A DNA stretch of 64,000 nucleotides from assembly GCA_964587385.1 (NCBI GenBank), contig CAZPLA010000011.1, positions 1,030-65,029 of the forward strand, given 5' to 3'. Shown here in pieces: positions 59,709 through 64,000 of the stretch. The position numbers and the translations under genes were made by a program. Within the stretch, counting starts at the first letter, position 1. Every line of letters begins with the position of its first letter. This DNA comes from an uncultured Dehalococcoidia bacterium. GTDB taxonomy: Bacteria; Chloroflexota; Dehalococcoidia; Lucifugimonadales; GCA-2712585. Below the pieces are notes generated by a model. The model was not told the origin of the DNA and did no database searches. It saw only the letters and a program-made list of their open reading frames with translations.

Positions 59709-59781
59709 ATTCGAATGTTAGCACAACTTTAAGCATCAATAAAACAGTCAAATAACTCGAATAATATGTCAAATTCAGATT

Positions 59782-59807
59782 TTTGATGAAAAATATTTTT
59801 CATCAAA
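59782..59807. promoter_or_regulatory. 26-bp perfect palindrome TTTGATGAAAAAT|ATTTTTCATCAAA in the divergent mog/nrdR promoter region
   Basis: The two 13-nt halves are exact reverse complements, read directly from the sequence. Confidence 0.6.
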
Positions 59808-59813
59808 CCCTTT

Positions 59814-59858
59814 ACATTATGTATATTGCAAATGCCAGCTTCATACTATATATTGAGG
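59814..59858. promoter_or_regulatory. Two candidate NrdR boxes (59814-59829 acattatgtatattgc; 59843-59858 atactatatattgagg)
   Basis: Compared by eye with the published consensus acaCwAtATaTwGtgt, they match 12/16 and 13/16. The core CtAtATaTtG is intact in the second box. They lie 45-90 nt upstream of the nrdR GTG. Centre spacing is 29 bp, against about 31-32 bp usually reported. Confidence 0.4.
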
Positions 59859-59902
59859 TCACTGACTTGTTCCATACCAAATGTAGGTTGCGTGTCATTA
59901 TC

Positions 59903-60394
59903 GTGAAATGTCCATATTGCAATATACCTGATTCAAAGGTAACCGATTCTAGAACTGTTGGTGAAAACGTTCGTAGACGTAGAGAATGTATTCGTTGCGG
60001 GCTAAGATTCACTACTTCTGAGCGTGTTCAAACAACCGCCTTGCTAGTAGTAAAACGCGATGAACGAAGACAAGAGTTTAATAAAGATAAATTGCTTTCT
60101 CAAATAGTTCTGGCATGCACCAAAAGACCCATACCATATAGAGATATTGAAAAAGTAGTAGAAGATATAGAAGCTCAAGTTCAAGGTCTAGGAAAGCCGG
60201 AAATTAAATCTTCAACTATCGGAGAAATGGTAATGGAGCGCCTAAAAAGCCTAGACCGTATCGCATACATACGCTGGGCTAGCGTATACCGAGACTTTCA
60301 AGACATGGAAAGCTTCGAGGAAATGGTTAAAGACCTACGCGAAGATTCGATAAATACGGAAGAAGAAGCTATCCTAAAAAAGTCAGCAGTATGA
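59903..60394 (+). CDS. nrdR: Transcriptional repressor NrdR
   Basis: (V/M)KCPYCNIPDSKVTDSR...RRRECIRCGLRFTTSE zinc ribbon plus an ATP-cone. The GTG start at 59903 gives the canonical N-terminus. Confidence 0.9.
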   Translation: MKCPYCNIPDSKVTDSRTVGENVRRRRECIRCGLRFTTSERVQTTALLVVKRDERRQEFNKDKLLSQIVLACTKRPIPYRDIEKVVEDIEAQVQGLGKPEIKSSTIGEMVMERLKSLDRIAYIRWASVYRDFQDMESFEEMVKDLREDSINTEEEAILKKSAV

Positions 60395-60462
60395 GGCAGA
60401 AAAGTCAAACCAGGAAGTAGCCCGTCCTAGCAATGTCTACGAAATAAAAAGGAAAAACAGGA

Positions 60463-60711
60463 ATGAAGATTAATAGGGGTGGGATGATAGACGCAGTTAT
60501 ACCTCTAGTAATACCGTCAGCCGGTATTACTAGAGCAGACTTGGCACGAAAACTTAAGGTTACATACCATGAAGCAACTCGCTCACTTGAAAGGTTGCGT
60601 CAAAATAGATTGGTTCGTAGGCATATCAACAAATCCCAATATATTTACAAGCTCACAGGATCCCGGCGCTCACTTACAATCGGAACCCTTAGAGCAATAC
60701 ATCTTAACTAG
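60463..60711 (+). CDS. Small (82 aa) winged-helix-like DNA-binding protein, family unknown
   Basis: ITRADLARKLKVTYHEATRSLERLRQNRLVRRH...YIYKLT looks like a helix-turn-helix plus wing. An AGGAAAAACAGGA purine tract lies just before the ATG. Confidence 0.45.
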   Translation: MKINRGGMIDAVIPLVIPSAGITRADLARKLKVTYHEATRSLERLRQNRLVRRHINKSQYIYKLTGSRRSLTIGTLRAIHLN

Positions 60712-60720
60712 GCAAAATCC

Positions 60721-61155
60721 ATGATACCTATAGACACAGGATTAGTTTATTATAAACGGCTATATGAAGAAGCTTTAGCTCTTTATCAAGAAGCAAGTAT
60801 CTCTATGAAAAAAGCTGAAGAGGTGGAGGCTGAAGCAGCCATATTATTAGGATTTGATTCAAATTTATTTACTGTGATCAAGCGAGCTGTCCTCTACCCA
60901 AACGGGATACGCCAATCACGAAGATTAATCCATGAATCTAGAAAGTTGTACGGAAAAGGAGAGCGCCTAAGAAAAAAGGCAGGAGCAACAGCCAAGCTGG
61001 CAGAACAGGCGAGAACTGACCTCAACCCTCTAGCGCCATTCTATCCAAAACAACAATTAAAAACGCAAAAGGTAGAAGAATTAGAGGCTGCACATACATT
61101 AATTGATTTAGCCTATTCTTCATTAAACGGGAGGAAAAAGCTATTGGGCGACTAG
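60721..61155 (+). CDS. Hypothetical 144-aa predicted helical protein
   Basis: The ORF starts 9 nt after the previous stop. It is rich in E/K/A/L heptad-like stretches. I recognised no motif. Confidence 0.4.
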   Translation: MIPIDTGLVYYKRLYEEALALYQEASISMKKAEEVEAEAAILLGFDSNLFTVIKRAVLYPNGIRQSRRLIHESRKLYGKGERLRKKAGATAKLAEQARTDLNPLAPFYPKQQLKTQKVEELEAAHTLIDLAYSSLNGRKKLLGD

Positions 61156-61248
61156 AAACCCTGAAGTCTGGTTTAGATAACCAGTAAATTGTCACATGAA
61201 AGTAGAGAGAGAATCTCGTTATATTTATATAAAAATCGGAGGACGGAT

Positions 61249-63495
61249 ATGACCACCTTACAATTCACAAAAAACGCCGAGACGGTCCTACGGACAAGAT
61301 ATTTAATCGGCGATGAAACTCCTGAAGACCTTTTGTGGAGAGTGGCCAACGCTATATCCGCTCCAGAACTCGATAAAGAGTATTGGAGCCAGATATTTTT
61401 TGACCTTATGGCATCACGTCAATTCATGCCCAACTCGCCGACGCTCTTCAATGCAGGTACAGGACAGGGAACTTTGTCAGCCTGTTTTGTAATTCCTATT
61501 GAAGACACTATGGAAAGCATAATGAAAGCGGCCACTACCTCAGCAATGATACAAAAATACGGTGGTGGCATAGGATATGCTTTCTCTAAATTAAGATCTA
61601 GAGGTAGCCGTATAACAACCACCCACGGCAAGGCATGCGGGGCCACAGCCGTTTTAAAAATGCTAAGTTCACTGAGTGATATGATTACACAAGGGGGAAA
61701 ACGGCACGGTGCCAACATGGGAATCCTACATGTATCCCATCCAGAAGTTATGTCTTTCATTCATATGAAAGACAACAACACAGAAGCCCAAAACTTCAAT
61801 GTCTCCGTAGCCATAACAGACGAATTCATGCAAGCAGTAGACCAGGATGAGATCTGGAATTTAATAGACCCTCATAATCAAGAAGTTGTGGATAGCTTGC
61901 CAGCCAGAAATATTTGGGATGCAATTATTGACTCCGCCTGGAAAACAGGAGATCCCGGGATTTATTTCATCGACGAAGCAAATCGTCATAATCCTACACC
62001 GCACTTAGGAAACCTAGACAGCACTAACCCTTGCGGAGAAGTTCCGCTACTTGCCCATGAAGCTTGCAATCTAGGATCCATAAACTTAGCTTTGTTCGTT
62101 GAAGAAGGCCAAGTAAACTACGATGCCCTCAAAGAGATAACTCAAAAAGCTACTCGGTTCCTAGAAAATGTCGTAACTGTAAATACATTCCCAGTACAGG
62201 AAGTTAAAGACGCAGTAGACGCTACTCGCAAAATCGGCCTTGGGGTTATGGGATGGCATGATATGTTGATAAAGTTAAATATCCCCTATGAGTCCCCCAA
62301 AGCATTAGAAATTGCTGATAAAGTCATGGGTCTGATAAATGATGTGGCAAAAACAACTTCTATGGAATTAGCATTGGAGCGGGGTCCCTATCCAGCCAGC
62401 AAAGAGAGCCAACCTATACGAAACGCGACTCGTACATGTATAGCTCCCACTGGAAGCATAAGCGTTATAGCCGGTGCATCAAGCGGGATAGAGCCTATTT
62501 TTGCTGTTGCCTTTGTTAAAAACGTCCTTGATGGTAAACAGCTGACAGAAGTAAACCCTTATTTTGAGGACATCGCCAAAGAACGGGGATTCTATACACC
62601 TAAGTTAATGGAAGAGGTGGCAGAAACAGGTTCAGTTCAAGAAATAGACTCAGTTCCTCAAGATGTAAAAGAGTTGTTTAAAACTGCTCTAGAAATCAAT
62701 TACAAAACTCACGTGAACATGCAAAGTGTTTTTCAAAAACATACCGACTTAGCGGTGAGTAAAACTATTAATATGGCAAATAACGCTACTCGAGAAGACA
62801 TAGCTTCTGCTTATCGCATGGCATATGAATCGAAATGTAGCGGTATCACAATATATAGAGATGGATCTAAGCCAACACAGGTTTTAGAGGTGCTTTCAAA
62901 AAAGACATCACCCACAACAGAAAAGGAAACAAACAATGGCCTAATTCCAAGAGTACGCCCGCATCAACTCCAGGGAGTCACAGAAAGGCTACGAACAGGT
63001 CATGGAAACATGTACATTACTATCAACTTTGACGAAGAAGAAAAGCCATTCGAGGTATTTTCAACATTGGGAAAGGCTGGTGGCTGTGAATCAGCTAGTT
63101 TAGAAGCTATATCTAGACTAACATCATTGGCATTAAGATCTGGTGTAGAACCCAAAGAAATTGTCGCACACCTCAGAGGTATAACCTGCGTCCCTGCATG
63201 GGATCAAGGAGTCCTCATAGGTTCACCTGCAGATGCAGTGGCCCTTGCTTTAGAACGACACGTGACAGGATCTCCTAGGAGCTCCAAAACTCTAACGTTA
63301 TTGGCTAAGTCACTTCCAACGACCGCAGCAACGGAAGAATACACTGTAACTAGCTTATCATCCAATGGAACTAACGGAACTAATGGAAAATCTTCCAACG
63401 GATCTGGTTTAATGTGTCCAGAATGCAATACTAACTTGATTTTCCAAGAGGGTTGCCTAGCTTGCCTATCTTGCGGATGGAACAAGTGCGAATAG
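61249..63495 (+). CDS. nrdJ: Adenosylcobalamin-dependent (class II) ribonucleotide reductase
   Basis: MTTLQFTKNAETVLRTRYL, TNPCGEVPLLAHEACNLGSINL, CIAPTGSIS and a C-terminal CPEC...CLACLSC zinc ribbon. The start is moved to the ATG at 61249, 5 nt after GGAGGA. Confidence 0.9.
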   Translation: MTTLQFTKNAETVLRTRYLIGDETPEDLLWRVANAISAPELDKEYWSQIFFDLMASRQFMPNSPTLFNAGTGQGTLSACFVIPIEDTMESIMKAATTSAMIQKYGGGIGYAFSKLRSRGSRITTTHGKACGATAVLKMLSSLSDMITQGGKRHGANMGILHVSHPEVMSFIHMKDNNTEAQNFNVSVAITDEFMQAVDQDEIWNLIDPHNQEVVDSLPARNIWDAIIDSAWKTGDPGIYFIDEANRHNPTPHLGNLDSTNPCGEVPLLAHEACNLGSINLALFVEEGQVNYDALKEITQKATRFLENVVTVNTFPVQEVKDAVDATRKIGLGVMGWHDMLIKLNIPYESPKALEIADKVMGLINDVAKTTSMELALERGPYPASKESQPIRNATRTCIAPTGSISVIAGASSGIEPIFAVAFVKNVLDGKQLTEVNPYFEDIAKERGFYTPKLMEEVAETGSVQEIDSVPQDVKELFKTALEINYKTHVNMQSVFQKHTDLAVSKTINMANNATREDIASAYRMAYESKCSGITIYRDGSKPTQVLEVLSKKTSPTTEKETNNGLIPRVRPHQLQGVTERLRTGHGNMYITINFDEEEKPFEVFSTLGKAGGCESASLEAISRLTSLALRSGVEPKEIVAHLRGITCVPAWDQGVLIGSPADAVALALERHVTGSPRSSKTLTLLAKSLPTTAATEEYTVTSLSSNGTNGTNGKSSNGSGLMCPECNTNLIFQEGCLACLSCGWNKCE

Positions 63496-63637
63496 GCGAG
63501 ATAAGGGTCTAGTCATCTTATAATAACCAACTATAGTCTTACTAACGAAGATATAGTTATAAAAACCTGAGAAGTGTATTAACAATGCACGAAATTATCT
63601 CTAGTGCATTATCTTATCAAAAGCTAGCGTGGTTTAG

Positions 63638-64000
63638 ATGATCAACATGCAAAAGCCTATTATTATCGTAACCATGGGAGACCCATCTGGGATTGGCCCT
63701 GAAGTAATAGCTAAGGCTCTATCCAAAGGTGATATTCAACATCATTGCCACCCCATAGTACTAGGCAACACAGAGGCACTTAAGGAAGCAATTGCGGTAT
63801 CGAATATGGACGTAGAAGTATGTCAAATATCAGATATAGAAAATTACAATAATTCTGACAAGGTCATATCGATTATTGACCCGCATAACATTTCATTTAA
63901 AGATATAAAACCAGGTAATCTTTCAGCTTCTTGCGGGAAAGCCTCTATGGAATGGGTGGAAATGGCCGCAAATTTAATAATGTCCGGTAAGGCTAATGCC
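63638..64000 (+). CDS. pdxA: 4-hydroxythreonine-4-phosphate dehydrogenase family (PdxA), N-terminal part; runs off the window
   Basis: Own translation: (MIN)MQKPIIIVTMGDPSGIGPEVIAKAL...SASCGKASMEWVEMAANLIMSGKANA. The frame is open to nt 64000. The start is 63638 or 63647. Confidence 0.8.
   Translation, partial: MINMQKPIIIVTMGDPSGIGPEVIAKALSKGDIQHHCHPIVLGNTEALKEAIAVSNMDVEVCQISDIENYNNSDKVISIIDPHNISFKDIKPGNLSASCGKASMEWVEMAANLIMSGKANA

Noticed and set aside
59783-59902. N-terminal 40-aa extension of the tracked nrdR ORF (TTG start at 59783)
   Set aside because: The extension would be translated from the palindrome, the NrdR-box region and the promoter-like region. The canonical NrdR N-terminus (M/V)KCPYC starts at the GTG at 59903.
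61189-61248. 20-aa N-terminal extension of the tracked RNR ORF
   Set aside because: The ATG at 61249 has a GGAGGA Shine-Dalgarno 5 nt upstream and gives the canonical MTTLQF... start.

Overview
This is an AT-rich, tightly packed chromosomal segment with about 58 protein genes. I found no rRNA, no convincing tRNA, no transposase or integrase, and no CRISPR array. The content is mostly housekeeping:

- Fe-S and molybdenum cofactor accessory genes (sufU fragment, xdhC, mocA-like, mog) and ilvD.
- A TPP-riboswitch-controlled thiZ-thiX-thiY-thiD pyrimidine salvage operon.
- An arginine cluster (argJ-argB-argD-argG-argH), followed by rpe.
- rpmB / yloV-degV-recG, argS and hisS.
- A Rel (RelA/SpoT) gene, rpsT and lexA, followed by an icd-like gene, mdh and selB.
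- nfo, secDF, cca, def, priA, rplS, trmD, nrdR, a class II RNR gene and a pdxA fragment.

The gene order and cis-elements fit a Terrabacteria lineage such as Chloroflexota. These include a GAAC-N4-GTTC SOS box, an F420 reductase, NurA/HerA and lipoproteins with Pro-Thr linkers. The lineage assignment is inference only.

Items worth a second look:
1. A translationally coupled NurA / 189-aa orphan (HerA-barrel-like) / HerA cassette fused onto the end of selB.
2. A Rel gene cut into catalytic and regulatory halves by two in-frame stops 21 nt apart.
3. A SecD of 898 aa carrying six copies of a ~70-aa module.
4. A lipoprotein gene with a degenerate protease-like domain, sitting between two unusually long spacers that share exact repeats.
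5. Two unknown ORFs embedded between nrdR and the class II RNR gene, plus a 26-bp perfect palindrome upstream.
6. An ArgJ with an N-terminal 4-Cys extension behind a promoter that abuts its ATG.

All homology calls come from by-eye motif recognition. No database search was run.
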